In this document: in pieces, positions 37,067 through 50,340 of the stretch
How the letters are laid out: each line of letters opens with the position of its first letter
Numbering within the stretch: position 1 is the first letter of the stretch
From: Octopus sinensis
Taxonomy: Eukaryota
Assembly: GCF_006345805.1 (NCBI RefSeq)
Contig: NC_043002.1
Coordinates: 118,978,001 to 119,042,000, forward strand
DNA: 64,000 bases
Reading direction: 5' to 3'
Notes under the pieces: model-generated
Told to the model about the DNA's origin: nothing
Seen by the model: the letters and a program-made list of their open reading frames with translations, nothing else
The model's database searches: none
Program-made: the position numbers and the translations under genes

Positions 37067-37324
37067 TACATTGATAAAATGCAAATGAAACCCTAAGAGT
37101 CACTATGCTATCTGATTATCACAATCTGATAATCTCTCAGGGTGACCCTCATGTATATAAAAAAAACTGCATCTAAAGACAGAATTCTCTTTTAGAGCCA
37201 GAAAATACTTAAGCTCTGATTAATTCCTAACCCACCATAGGGAACTCAAAGCATTCCCAAACTGGAACACTGCTAACATTTGTGGGTCAGTGCTGTTGCT
37301 ATGCATACTAACATTCTAGATTAT

Positions 37325-38127
37325 TTCTAAAAGAAGGTTATATGATTGGAACAAATCAGCATTGTCTTGGCATTGGACCCCACTTGATGTGCTTTTTGGG
37401 GTGTGGTGACTTTGAATGCTTCCATTGACTTGATTGCTGCTTTGCTTTCTAGGTCGTAGCCATAACACCAGCTTTCGTCATTAGTGATGATCTTCAAAAA
37501 AAGGGTCTGGATCAACTTCCAACTGTTTTCTCAGTTCACGACATGCATCCAACCGTGACTGCTTTTGATCTTCTGTGAACAAGCGAGGCACACATTTTGC
37601 TGCAACTCTTTCCATTCATAATTCCTTGCTCAAAATTCGTTGACAGGAGCTTCAGGACATACCAGTCATATAAGCAAGTTTCCCAATTGTTCAGCAATGA
37701 TCTTCTAAGATCAATTTGTGAATTTTCATGATGTTTTCATTCATTCATTAGGCTGTCGGTTGCTCTGAATGAGGTTGGTCTCCAAGCTGTTCCTAAAATG
37801 TGAAAACCACTTGTAAACTTGTGTTTTACTCATGGCAGTGTCCTCAAAAGCTGTTTGAAGCATGACAACAGTTTTCCCCAGCAGAAAACAAAATTTCACA
37901 GGAACATGCTGTTCCTTTGTTTCGGCTATAGCAAAAATTGACAAACAGAGAAGAAGCGCTGTAAAGCAAAGATACACTGTGTGGCAGTACAACTTTACTT
38001 GCCATCACCGGTTGGCAGACTGATGCCTGAGGATCACACCAAGTGGCTTCTAGCAGTGGAAGCCTGAACTACAATTGGCTTGTCCCACAGAGAATGTTTC
38101 CAATTACTTTTGGGTACCACCCTTGTA
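37325..38127 (-). mobile_element. Mariner transposase relic (5' half)
   Basis: VKFCFLLGKT...AMSKTQVYKWFSHF and IITNDESWCYGYD; terminus tacaagggtggtacccaaaagt. Confidence 0.85.
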
Positions 38128-38337
38128 TATCTATATACTGAATTACAAAATATGTAATTTTATCTAATGCATGATACAGTTGGTTATATAGTTAAGAGTG
38201 AGTTATCTAATACACATCTCAATGAAAACTGCCTTACTATTCACTGAATTTTGCCATACTTGATGATACTGTATATTTTAATGAGTATTTATGGGACTTG
38301 ACTTGGTCGTCCACACCAGTGTGTAAGCATGGTACAC

Positions 38338-38510
38338 TATTATCTAAACATATTTATTTTATATCATATATCAGTATTATCTAACCATATTTATTTTATA
38401 TTATATATCAGTATTATCTAACCATATTTATTTTATATTATATATCAGTATTATCTAACCATATTTATTTTATATTATATATCAGTATCATCTAAACATA
38501 TTTATTTTAT
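38338..38510 (+). repeat. 37-bp AT-rich minisatellite, about 4.7 copies
   Basis: Unit tattatctaaccatatttattttatattatatatcag. Confidence 0.9.
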
Positions 38511-40222
38511 AAAACTATATCGAAAGAATACCATATTGTAATGCCCAACATAATGTTATCAATATCTACAATGCAACATTAGTAATGAGTAAGGTAAGAG
38601 GACTAATTTACTTTCTTCAAATATGCAGAGTATGTAAGAGATCTCTTACAGATAACAAGGACTTAATAGGAAAAATGGATAAGTGAGGGTTTTATGTCAG
38701 TAGAACTAACATATTTGTAAATGGAAGGGTAAATTTACATATGGGAACGAGATAATTACTTCAGATAAGCTGGCATGATAATTATATAATAAGAATATAA
38801 TCCGAAAGTTTACATTTAACTCTTTATAAAAAAAATGGTTGAACTACTGTTTCTCTTTCTTTTCTGCAGAATGCTTTAATATCTCTGCTTACCATTTTAT
38901 GATTTTATTCATGTTTAGCACCAGGCCATCCTTGACTGAACAGACCTGGTATTAAGAGGCATTCCAGTCATGCTCATCACATCATCCTTCTATCAGGCAT
39001 TGCATAACACAGCATTCATAACTTTTGGAAACATTTTTTTCAATTCAGAATTGCTGAAACATGGAATAAACTACCCACATCTGCTGTTTCTGGATAGTGA
39101 AAGCATATCCTTGTAGATAGAATGCAATGTATCTATCACAGGTCCAGGAGAGGCTATCTTTCCTGTCAATGCTCTAGCTTACCCATGCGTTGCCTTTTGC
39201 TGGTATGACGCCTGCTTCTCCTCAAAGCTCCTGTTTATGTTGGCCAGTCCAGCTTCCTTTGGGTCACATGAGACAGTCGTATTCTCAGAGTACTTGCACA
39301 GTAGTTCATCTCCAACTCTGAAGATGTTGCTCTCACTTTTGAGTATGCATGTAATGTACTCATTTCTTTCCTGTTCAGCAGGTGTTGTCTGAGTGATACC
39401 ATGCAACACTGAAAGGCTGTTTGGAATGACCTCATGCCTCTACCTGTATTTGTCTATGTTGCTCATATACGTGTCACAGGCCACTATAAGTTATTTCTTT
39501 TAGCTCACTTTTGTTTTTATATACAGCAGTCGGTTGAAGGAAGAATCAATGGGGGGGGAAGAAAATGTTTAACCTATGAGGACAACTTGCTTCAGGATAG
39601 TGGAAGGGCAAATGCTGACAAATTAAAAACATGCATGGGGGACCATGGTGGATGATGTGCTTGCGTGAAATCATTAAAGTATCGGGAAGATAGCCAAACT
39701 CAACTAACTTGTTGAAGCACGGAATAAACTAACCACATTGATTGTTAGGTGTCCCTCTCTCTTTTACTCTTTTACTTGTTTCAGTCATTTGACTGTGGCC
39801 ATGCTGGAGCACCGCCTTTAGTTGAGCAAATCGACCCCGGGACTTATTCTTTGTAAGCCCAGTACTTATTCTATCGGTCTCTTTTGCCAAACCGCTAAGT
39901 GACGGGGACGTAAACACACCAGGATTGGTTGTCAAGCAATGCTAGGGGGACAAACACACACACATATATATAAAACTAATATCAGGAAGCTGAATCTTGT
40001 GAAGGAAATGACAAAAAAACTGCAACAAGCTGGACAAGAACCATTCCAATATATGCAAACATAGAAAAACTAGTATAAAATGATGATGGTGATGGCAGCT
40101 GAGATGGTGATGAAAGTGATCTTATATGAGTTGGAGAGTTTTGTAAATGTAAAACCCTTATCACAAATTGCTAGAGGAAGCAATCTTTACTGAAAAATAT
40201 ACTTCATAACAACAATGATCAC

Positions 40223-40451
40223 TTAACCCTTTCATTACTGTATTTATTTTGAGATGCTCTGTGCTTCTTTCAATTAATTTAAAATATAACAAAGAATTTA
40301 GTAAAATAACTCAGTTATCATTAAGCTAGTGTTAGGAACGTAAATTGTGACTAAGGTTTGGTGGAAGATTTTAATTCAAAACTTTTGAAAACAAGACATT
40401 TGTACTTAGAGCCAGAGCCGGTTTCAGCTGGGTTGGTCACGAAAGGGTTAA
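40223..40451 (-). mobile_element. piggyBac-type MITE
   Basis: TTAA flanks, CCCTTTC termini. Confidence 0.85.
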
Positions 40452-41545
40452 GTAGGCAGACTGATGATTTTAAACCTTGTACAGGTTTTCTGCAAAGGTT
40501 TTGCTTGCTTGTCAATTCTCCTTTGTTTGTGATATTTATTTAAAATTTATTTGACCTTTCCATGAGTTATTTTAATATAAAAGAAAGCAAGGTTTCATGA
40601 ATGACATGTTGAATTGTTCATCTTAGATCAACATCAGAAATGAACTACAATCAGCTAATGCTGATGTCAGTCCAGATAATAATGATGGTAGTGATAGTCT
40701 TGATAGTGATTGTTTGATGATAGAGATAATGATTGTTATTGTTAAGCAACAGCTCTAGTTAGCTCTGCTTGAGCAGACTTAATCATCATCATCATCGTTT
40801 AACATCCGTTCTCCATGCTAGCATGGGTTGGACGGTTTGACCGGGGATCTGGGAAGCCAGAAGGCTGCACCAGGCTCCAGTCTTATCTGGCAATGTTTCT
40901 ACAGCTGGATGCCCTTCCTAACGCCAACCACTCTGTGAGTGTAGTGGGTGCTTTTTACGTGCCACCTGCACAGGTGCCAGGCGAGGCTGGCATCGGCCAC
41001 AGTCGGATTGGTGCATTTTACGTGCCACCGGCACGGAAGCCAGTCAAGGCGGCATACCTAATGTATGTTGATAATTGACTAACTTCTTATGGGCAACCTA
41101 TATGTTCTGCATCTCAAGCTTTGCAGATACAGCATGTCTCAGTCAAACCTTGTCATATGATCAACATCTTCAGGCATTTATTTTCACAGGTTTAGGATTA
41201 GGTGTCTCCATTTTAAAAATAATGTGTTGTTTATTGGGAGTAAAATTTATCAGGTAATTCTAGCAATTGAGGTATTATTACAGAAGTTCCCTAGTTGGGT
41301 TACAAGTGAAAATAACGCTAAGGTTGAGTTAATAATAATTACTTGTTCTGATTAATCATCATTATTCAGACATTTATCTTCATCATTCCTACAATGTAGT
41401 CTGTTTTGCAGATCTCAACTTTATCTATTGACATTACCCACTAATTTTTCTACATTTTTCTTTAGTTATTATTCAGATAATACATCGATGATAATATATG
41501 TACACATACATATAATTCTATACATGCATATATATATATATATAT

Positions 41546-41980
41546 ATCATCATCATCGTTTAATGTCCGCTTTCCATGCTAGCATGGGTTGGACGATTTT
41601 GACTGAGGGCTGGTGAACCAGATGGCTGCACCAGGCTCCAATCTTGATTTGGCAGAGTTTCTACAGCTGGATGCCCTTCCTAAACGCCAACCACTCCGAG
41701 TGTGTAGTGGGTGCTTTTTATGTGCCACCGGCACGGGGGCTAGTCAGACGGTACTGGCAACGACCTCGCTCGAATCTTTTTACACATGCCACCAGCACAG
41801 GTGCCAGTAAAGCGACTTTGGTAACGATCACGCTCGAACGGTGCCCTTTTATGTGCTACTGACACGGAGGTCAGTTGGCTGCTCTGGCAACAATCACGCT
41901 CGGGTGGTGCTCTTGGCACCCTACTAGCACGGGCACAAGTGCCAGTAAGACGCTGGTAACGATCAGACTCGAATGGTGCC
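41546..41980 (-). mobile_element. RTE 3' UTR fragment, subfamily 2 (as at 44580-45030)
   Basis: Heterogeneous units; ccagatggctgcaccaggctccaatc diagnostic segment. Confidence 0.85.
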
Positions 41981-42169
41981 ATATGTATATATATATATAT
42001 ATATATACAGTGGTTCAGGAAAAGAGATTGATAGAATAAGTATCAGGCTTAAAAAAATAAGTACTGGGGTTAATAAGTTTGACTAAAATTCTTCAAGGTG
42101 CTGTCCCAGCATGGCCACAGCCTCGACTGAAACAGGTAAAAGATACACATATATATATAAACATATATA

Positions 42170-42550
42170 ATACATATATTCTTTTACTTGTTTCAGTCAT
42201 CTGACTGTGGCCATGCTGGAGCACAGCCTTTAGTCAAACAAATTAAACCCAGGACTTATTCTTTGTAAACCTAGTACTTATTCTATCAGTTCTTTTGCCA
42301 AAACCACTAAGTTACGGGAATGTAAACACACAACATTGGTTGTCAAGCAATGATGGGAGAATAATATACCCTAACCCTATATATATATAATGAGCTTCTT
42401 TCAGTTTCTGTCTACCAAATCCATTCTTCACAAGGCTTTGGTCGGCCTGAGGCTATGGCAGAAGATACTTGCCCAAGGTGCCATGCAGTGGGACTGAACC
42501 CAGAACCATGTGGCTGGGAAGCAAACTTCTTACCACATAGCTACTCCTCT
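42170..42550 (-). mobile_element. Diverged SINE A
   Basis: Head, tail and microsatellite recognisable. Confidence 0.8.
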
Positions 42551-42901
42551 GCCTATATTTATATCGATTTCTTCCTTACATACAACATTATTTAGGTGGA
42601 GAAGAATTTTGTCAACTGATCAATGAAAGTGAATTACTGGTAAAAAGAGAGAGAGAGAAAGAGAGAGGAGGGGACAAAAATGTTGCGATGTTCAGGTGTA
42701 AGTAAAATAGCCATAAACTAGCATCATAACGGGGCCAGAGGTGAGTAGCCAGGGGCTTATCTTCTACTCAGTGGTGTTCACAGAATGAAACACAAATGCT
42801 GTGGATTTTAGAGGGAGGATATAAAACAGTTGCAGGCAAGGCTGTGCAGTTAAGAAGTTCACTTCACAACATGGTTTCGGATATGATTCCACTGAGTGGT
42901 T

Positions 42902-43290
42902 ACTCTTTTACTCTTTTACTTGTTTCAGTCATTTGACTGCGGCCATGCTGGAGCACCGCCTTTAGTCGAGCAAATCGACCCCGGGACTTATTCTTTATAA
43001 GCCCAGTACTTATTCTATTGGTCACTTTTGCCAAACCGCTAAGTGACGGGGACGTAAACACACCAGCATCGGTTGTCAAGCAATGCTAGGGGGACAAACA
43101 CAGACACACACATATATACATATATATACACATATACGACGGGCTTCTTTCAGTTTCCGTCTACCAAATCCACTCACAAGGCATTGGTCGGCCCGAGGCT
43201 ATAGCAGAAGACACTTGCTCAAGGTGCCACGCAGTGGGACTGAACCCGGAACCATGTGGTTAGTAAACAAGCTACTTACCACACAGCCAC
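42902..43290 (-). mobile_element. SINE A
   Basis: Reverse-complement full copy. Confidence 0.9.
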
Positions 43291-44149
43291 TCCTATGCCT
43301 ATATTTTAATCTCAAGCTGAGCAATGGCTCGAGAATTTAATCTCAATGTGAGTGTGTGTGTGTGTAGGGGGTTGTGAGGGAAATTTGGTAAATGGAAAAT
43401 ATATGGAAGCCTGTTGTGCGGCTGTGTGGTTAAGAGGCTTACTTCCCAATCATGTGGTCTTGGGTTCAGTCCCACTGCGCAACACATTAGGCAAGTGTCT
43501 TCTGCTACAGTCCTTGCCAGCCAAAGCCCTGTGAGTGGATTTGGTAAATGGAAACTGTAGGAAACTTGTTGTATGTGTATGTGTGTTTGTGTCTACCCTT
43601 GTCTAGACATTATGTGAAAATTGTAAATGAACAATATAATTTCCAGTCTTTGGGGAGGGGATAAGTTGATTATATTGATCCTAGTGTTCCAATTGATCCT
43701 CATTTAATGGATTCTGAAGCGATGAAAGGTAAAGTCAACTTCAGTGGAATTTGAATTTAGAATGTAAAGATGAATGAAATGCTACTAAGCATTTTGTGTG
43801 TGTTATAACAATTCTGCAAACCTGCTACCTTAACATGAAATTAAATATATTAACTGAAAATAAACTTTAGTATCAGAGAGGACATCTGGCTGTAGAATAA
43901 TGTCTCAAGAAGTCTCAATTAACTCATGCCAGTATGGAAGAAGCATACACAAAAACAATAACGACGAAATGGTAACATATAAGTTTTTTTTTGATATTTT
44001 ATTTAGAATTTCATAAATGAGATTTTAAGTATGCATAAAAATAAAAATAAACACTTTATAATTGATTTCATACATTGATTGATAGGCAACAGTTTACAAG
44101 GAAAGGGTATTGACTCATTGAATTCATTGCAGTACATGACTTTCTAAAT

Positions 44150-45030
44150 ATGTCGTCAGTGTGCATACTCGACAGAGTGTGAGTACCTTGAGAGAAAATT
44201 TGGACCTAAGAAGCATCAGATGTGGTGTGCAAGAGAGACGACTGCGCTGGTATGGTCATGTGGCGAGAATGGATGAGGATAGCTGTGTGAAAAAGTGCCA
44301 CACCCTAGCGGTTGAAGGAACCTGTGGAAGAGGTTGACCCAGGAAGACCTGGGATGAAGTGGTGAAGCATAAACTTCAAACATTAGGTCTCACCAAGGCA
44401 ATGACTAGTGACCGAGACCTTTGAAAATATGTTGTGCTTGAGAAAACCCGGCAAGCCAAATGAGACCATAACCTGTGGCCTATGCCAGGAGTGCAACCAG
44501 CCCACTTATGCATACCTTTCCTTCATTGGACACTAACCTCTGCTTGCGAAGACCTGTTGAGGCGAGTGAAATTGAAATCATACTCGATGACTGGCATCCC
44601 TGCTAGTGATCGTTGCCAGAGCAGCTAATTGGCTTCTATGCCGGTGGCACGTAAAAAGCACCATTTGAGCATGATCATTACCAGTGTCGCCCTTACTGGC
44701 ACTTGTGCCGGTGGCACGTGAAAAAACATTCAAGTGAGGTCGTTGCCAGTGCTGCTGGACTTGCTCCTGTGCAGGTGGCACGTAAAAAAAAAACACCATT
44801 TGAGCATGGCCGTTGCCAGTACTGCCTGACTGGCCCTCATGCCGGTAGCACATAAAAAGCACCTGCTTCACTCTCAGAGTGGTTGGCGTTAGGAAGGGCA
44901 TCCGGCTGTAGAAACTCTGCCAGATCAGATTGGAGCCTGGTGCAGCCATCTGGTTTGACAGTCCTCAGTCAAATCGTCCAACCCATGCTAGCATGGAAAG
45001 CGGATGTTAAACGATGATGATGATGATGAT
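44150..45030 (+). mobile_element. RTE LINE 3' portion: ORF C-terminus, 3' UTR with ~60-bp unit array, (GAT)n tail
   Basis: RLRWYGHVARMDEDSCVKK...PRKTWDEVVK runs contiguously into the array and tail. Shorter ORF-end copies at 48745-48945 and about 2005-2130. Confidence 0.9.
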
Positions 45031-45799
45031 TCATCAATCCTGGTTGGTTGAAAGGCAAAGTTGACAGTAGCAATTAGTTGTGCTGGTGGGGGTGTCTTTT
45101 CAGTCAAGTGAGCGGGTAATGCCAATGACCTTTCACAGGACCTCTGAAATTAGTACAAAGGATGGAGGGAAGGTATCCTCAAACCAGAGACCTTTCCTGA
45201 ATGTTTGCAACGAGTGAACTCCATTAAAGACGCTGAAAGTACCAGGTAATGGTGTTAAACTGGGTGAAGGATTAAGCCTAACACCCAGATTTGAATTCAG
45301 AATGTAGATGGATGAAATATAAATTTGATTCCAAATTTCGGCACCAGGCCAGCCATTTTATGGGAGGAGTAAATTGATTACACCAACCCCAGTGCTTAAC
45401 TGGTACTTATTTTATTGACTCAGAAAGGATGAAAGGCAAAGTGAACCTGGTAGAATTCGATCTCTGAACATGAAGACTGATGAAATGCCTCCAAGCATTT
45501 TCTCCGGTATGCAAACAATTCTGCCAGCTCACCACCTTAAGATGAAATAAAATATTGGTTTCAAATTTTGGTACAAGGTCAGCAAGTTTGGGGGAGGGAG
45601 TAAGTTGATTCTATTGACCCCAGTGCTCCACTTGTACTTATGTAATTGACCCTGAAAGGATGAAATGCAAAGTCGACCTCGGTGGAATTTGATCTCAGAA
45701 CATAGAGATGGCTGAAATGCCACTAAGCATTTTGTCCAGTGTGCGAAGGATTAAGCGAACTCGTTGCGTTAAGTTGAAATAAAATATTGTAAACACACT

Positions 45800-46183
45800 T
45801 TGGTTTTTGTGCCTATCCTCATTTATGTTCATGGATGTTTGGTAACGACTGAAAGAATATGGTCATGAATACAAGCAACCAAAAATAGGATTCCTCAGAA
45901 GAATCTCTGGAGTAATATTACTCAACAAAGTGTGTAGCTGAAGGTCAAACTGTTACTCCTACACACTCAGAGACGTTACAGCTCTGGTACAGCAGACATC
46001 TGATTAGAATGTTGCAGAAAAGCAGGAGTGGCTGTGTGGTAAGTAGCTTGCTAACCAACCACATGGTTCCGGGTTCAGTCCCACTGCGTGGCATCTTGGG
46101 CAAGTGTCTTCTGCTATAGCCTCGGGCCGACCAATGCCTTGTGAGTGGATTTGGTAGACAGAAACTGAAAGAAGCCTGTCGTA

Positions 46184-46215
<32 letters not shown>

Positions 46216-46660
46216 ATGTGTGTGTGTGTGTGTTTGTGTGTCTGTGTTTGTCCCCCTAGCATTGCTTGACAACCGATGCTGGTGTGTTTACGTCCCCGTC
46301 ACTTAGTGATTCGGCAAAAGAGACTGATAGAATAAGTACTGGGCTTACAAAGAATAAGTCCCGGGGTCGATTTGCTTGACTAAAGGCGGTGCTCCAGCAT
46401 GGCCACAGTCAAATGACTGAAACAAGTAAAAGAGTAAAAGAATCATAAGACAGATTCTTCAATTAGGAGACCTAGGGTAGACCAAAAACGAAATGGTTGG
46501 ATAATACACATATTCTCAGTTGGTCATGCTTGGGAATCCAACTGGAAAGTCTAATGATGGTTGCTTCTGATTGGATCCAATGGAGAAGGTGCCTGAGGAC
46601 ACCACACCCATGACACTTCCAGGAATTGTGAGCAGAGAAGATGGATGGATGGATGGACAA
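45800..46660 (+). mobile_element. RTE-like LINE 3' relic with (GATG)n tail, split by SINE A
   Basis: GFLRRISGV... and PRGRPK-like remnants; same 3' end as 9510-9770 (-). Confidence 0.7.
46021..46443 (+). mobile_element. SINE A inserted in an RTE LINE relic
   Basis: Full copy interrupting RTE-like coding sequence. Confidence 0.88.
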
Positions 46661-46804
46661 ACTTTCTGTTTCTGCCAATCCACAGGCATAAAAATTCGAT
46701 TCACAGAGGCCAGAATTGAACAAGTTGTCTTTTGGTTATCTCACTAACATTGTAAATGACAGTGTGTTCTTTTCTCTCTCGCTTTGGGTCTTCACCACCT
46801 GATA

Positions 46805-47226
46805 TCTCTCTATATATAAACGGCAGTTTGTCTATCTGTGTGTCTGTCAGGTTGTACCCTCACCCTGACCACAGCTTTCAACCGATTCTGATGAAACTTG
46901 ACACACACATAGCCCAATGTCATAATTCAAAACTAACGCAGCGAAAATTTTGAAAAGTTCCCCCAGTTCTGAAAAAAATCGATAAATTCGACATGGGGTC
47001 GAGAATCTAAGCTTTTTATATGCAACACATTTTCTGTCTAGGGGACACAACTCGACCTTTTTATCGCCCAAAGGGACAGCTAGGAACATCGTATACACAG
47101 AAGTATTCGAGTGAAGAGAAGACATTGCAACCTACACATGCGCCTTCGTTCCCTAGAGGGAAAGGACTAGATTGGGATTAGTCGTTGCCTACTAAAGGCT
47201 CTTACATACCCGGGCAATGCTGCTAG
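46805..47226 (+). mobile_element. Non-autonomous Helitron, second family
   Basis: A|TCTCTCTATATATAAA...cccgggcaatgc..CTAG|T. Confidence 0.75.
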
Positions 47227-47864
47227 TATGCATTAAAAGCAATTAGCTGCTATGGTACTTTCACTATCTCTGTGTTTCATTGAAAAACTGACAGATTGCT
47301 TAGTTAGCAGAAAATTGAGTACAAATATATTTGGAGACACTAACTGTAGGCTTAAGAAGTCAGCTTCCCAACCATATAGTCTTGGGTTCAGTACCACACC
47401 TGATACCTTGTGCAAGTGTCTTCTATGATAACACTGGGTCGACCAATGCCTTGCGAGATTTGGTAGACAACCCATTGAGTATATATATACACAAATGCAT
47501 GTGTGTGTGAGTATGTGTGTGTATACATATATATGCATGCAAACTATGAATGTATGTATGAATATGTGTGTTTTCTTTTGTTTTGTCATTACATGATGGT
47601 AGTAAAAGAGCATTGTTTACTTCCAATCCTCAGTGCAAAACATTTTCTGTCTATGGGGAAATATTACCTTGCTGGGGAACAGGTGAGTGTTGGTGACAGA
47701 AAGGGCATCTAACAGGATAGTATGACTAAAAAAGTCTGTTTGATTCAAGGAAGCATAGAAAAAATGGACATGGTCATAATGACGATGATGATGATTGATT
47801 GAATGACTGAGTGAGAGAGTGATGAAATAAATGTTAATGTTTAGTCATAATACTGTATCAAGCG

Positions 47865-47870
47865 TTTAAT
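47865..47870 (-). promoter_or_regulatory. Candidate FBH1 polyadenylation signal (ATTAAA)
   Basis: Variant hexamer about 190 nt downstream of the stop; no AATAAA seen in between. Confidence 0.25.
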
Positions 47871-48057
47871 TCCAAGAATCATAAAATTATTGGATATTTT
47901 GTTTTCTTCCTTTTAGATGTCGTTATATTTGTTATAAGGTGGCAATTAATAATTAAGGATAACAGTACATATTATATACAAAATGCAAAATTTCTCTGCA
48001 AAGAAATACAAGCATTTCAATATAGAAATCACAGACAGCTTTATATAGAATCAATTG

Positions 48058-48159
48058 TTACTGAGTAGTTTCTGTTTCCTTGCAGAGAAAGGCCAGAGTT
48101 GGTTCCATATTGGAGACGCATTGTTTACAAATTATTCCTCCTTCATATGTGTGACTCAT
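48058..48159 (-). CDS. FBH1: FBH1 terminal coding exon, MSHTYEGGIICKQCVSNMEPTLAFLCKETETTQ*
   Basis: Acceptor ttatcttctcttgtag, stop TAA. Resembles human C-terminus GGYLCHSCAEQRIGPLAFL (recalled). Confidence 0.85.
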   Translation of the reverse strand: MSHTYEGGIICKQCVSNMEPTLAFLCKETETTQ

Positions 48160-49730
48160 CTACAAGAGAAGATAATCAGATGAGTGACATCAACAAAATA
48201 TACAAATATTTTGGTATTTAAGGCAAAGAATTATGCTTTGATAAGGTCTCAGATTCAGAATCTTTGAAAACAAAACCCTAAACTGGAAACATAACAGCAA
48301 GACAAAACGGAAACAGAAAGCTCCTTACATTAAAATGAAAGGTTGTTTATGACAAGTTTTGCTAATAGTTCAGTCAATAGCAACTTATTCAAGACTCCAA
48401 GTGTTACACATTCATATCTATGTGTTTACGTATGTATAGAATACATCCCCACTTTTGGCACTATTTTGTTAGTGAACAATACAAACTGTGTGTAAAGTAT
48501 ATAATGTATCACTACGCTGAATGTCGAGTCCGTGTAACACGAATAGTAAATAAAAACGTTAACAATAACAATGGCTTTCATTTGGTTGTCTCTCCCATTA
48601 GAACCCAATACACATAACACCAAGTATAACTCAGGATAGGTTCCAGGAAAAAGCCTAGGAATTTTTTTTTTTTGTATGACCATTTTCTCATGCTAACATG
48701 GATTAGTTGAATACATGCTGAGCCATTGCTTATAGTGGGATATCCCAGGAAGACCTGGGATGAAGTGGTGAAGCATGAACTTCAAACATTAGGTCTCACC
48801 AAGGCAATGACTAGTGACTGAGACCTTTGAAAATATGTTGTGCTTGAGAAAACCCGGCAAGCCAAATGAGACCGTAACCTCGTTTGCCTGTGCCAGGAGT
48901 GCAACCAGCCCACTTATGCGTACCTTTCCTTCATTGGACACTAAACTCTGAATTCGATCTCTGAACATGAAGACTGATGAAATGCCTCGAAGCATTTTCT
49001 CTGGTATGCAAACAATTCTGGACACTAAACATTGCTGTGAGCCGTTGCTAGTTTTTCATGTAAGGAAGTTTTCATTTTACTTGCTTTTGAAAGCAAAGAG
49101 CTACCAAACGATTTGTTGACCGGGAAACAACAACATAGAACAACGGCCACAGCTCAGCAACTCTTTTTATGCAATCATAGGAGATTCAGATTCATATCAT
49201 CATTGTTTAATGTCTAATAACTTGCATCATGACAGAGACCAGCCATCATGTGTTGTGTTCCACCTGCCTTGATACCTGGTCTCTATGGTCTCCAAGTGGC
49301 TTGAGCTTGATGCTTTTTATTTACTGAAGATACTTAAACCATGATTTTTGTTTTCACTTTTGTAGTTGCATTTACTTGAAATGATATTGAAAACCTGTTT
49401 CCAAAGTTATGTCAAGCTCCATATATGGGTCTGCATTTGATGAAACCAAGTCTATCCTTAGAAATGCTAACAATACTGGAAATGTTGAAAAATGGACATT
49501 TGAATTTGTGGAAAATTTTGATGTGATTGAGCAAAATGGATTTCATTTTTGAAATCAGACTAGGAAACATGTCTTCAACACCAGGCAACAAAAGCCATGT
49601 TCCCCAATGTTATAGGAGAACTTCATTACAATTATTGATATTCTTTTGGAAATATTAGTACAAGGTTGAAGGTAAAAGAAATCTGAAGAAGACAGAAAGA
49701 GAAGAATATAAAAGAAAATATTAATCTTAC

Positions 49731-49868
49731 TGTATTAACAGTTTCTCTGGAAAGAAAAATATCTGTTTTCTTGCGTTTTTGCTTTACAACTGAACCACAC
49801 ATGCCACAAACCAAGGATTTTCCACAAGTTTCCAATCCATCAGACATTACAACTTGCAATCTTGAGCC
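49731..49868 (-). CDS. FBH1: FBH1 exon, GSRLQVVMSDGLETCGKSLVCGMCGSVVKQKRKKTDIFLSRETVNT (phase 0 to 0)
   Basis: Poly-T acceptor tttcccag, donor gtaaga; 46 open codons in the expected phase. Confidence 0.8.
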
Positions 49869-49931
49869 CTGGGAAAAAAAAAAAACATACAATTATATAA
49901 AATTAAATTTCAATGAATCAAACATCAAATA

Positions 49932-50340
49932 GGCGCAGGAGTGGCTGTGTGGTAAGTAGCTTGCTAACCAACCACATGGTTCTGGGTTCAGTCCCACTGC
50001 GTGGCACCTTGGGCAAGTGTCTACTGCTATAGCCCCAGGCCGACCAATGCCTTGTGAGTGGATTTGGTAGACGGAAACTGAAAGAAGCCTGTCGTATATA
50101 TGTATATATATATATATACGTGTGTGTGTCTGTGTTTGTCCCCCTAGCATTGCTTGACAACCGATGCTGGTGTTTTTACGTCCCCGTCACTTAGCGGTTC
50201 AGCAAAAGAGACCGATAGAATAAGTACTGGGCTTACAAAGAATAAGTCCCGGGGTCGATTTGGTCGACTAAAGGCGGTGCTCTAGCATGGCCGCAGTCAA
50301 CTGACTGAAACAAGTAAAAGAGAGAAAAGAGAGAGAGTAA
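49932..50340 (+). mobile_element. SINE A in FBH1 intron (antisense to FBH1)
   Basis: Full copy. Confidence 0.9.

Noticed and set aside
39179-39435. Minus-strand exon-like ORF ending GG|gtaagc
   Set aside because: No partner exons found, the acceptor is ambiguous, and overlapping frames carry faint CR1/L2-like remnants (YCAS, DP). Not supportable as a gene, though not fully excluded.
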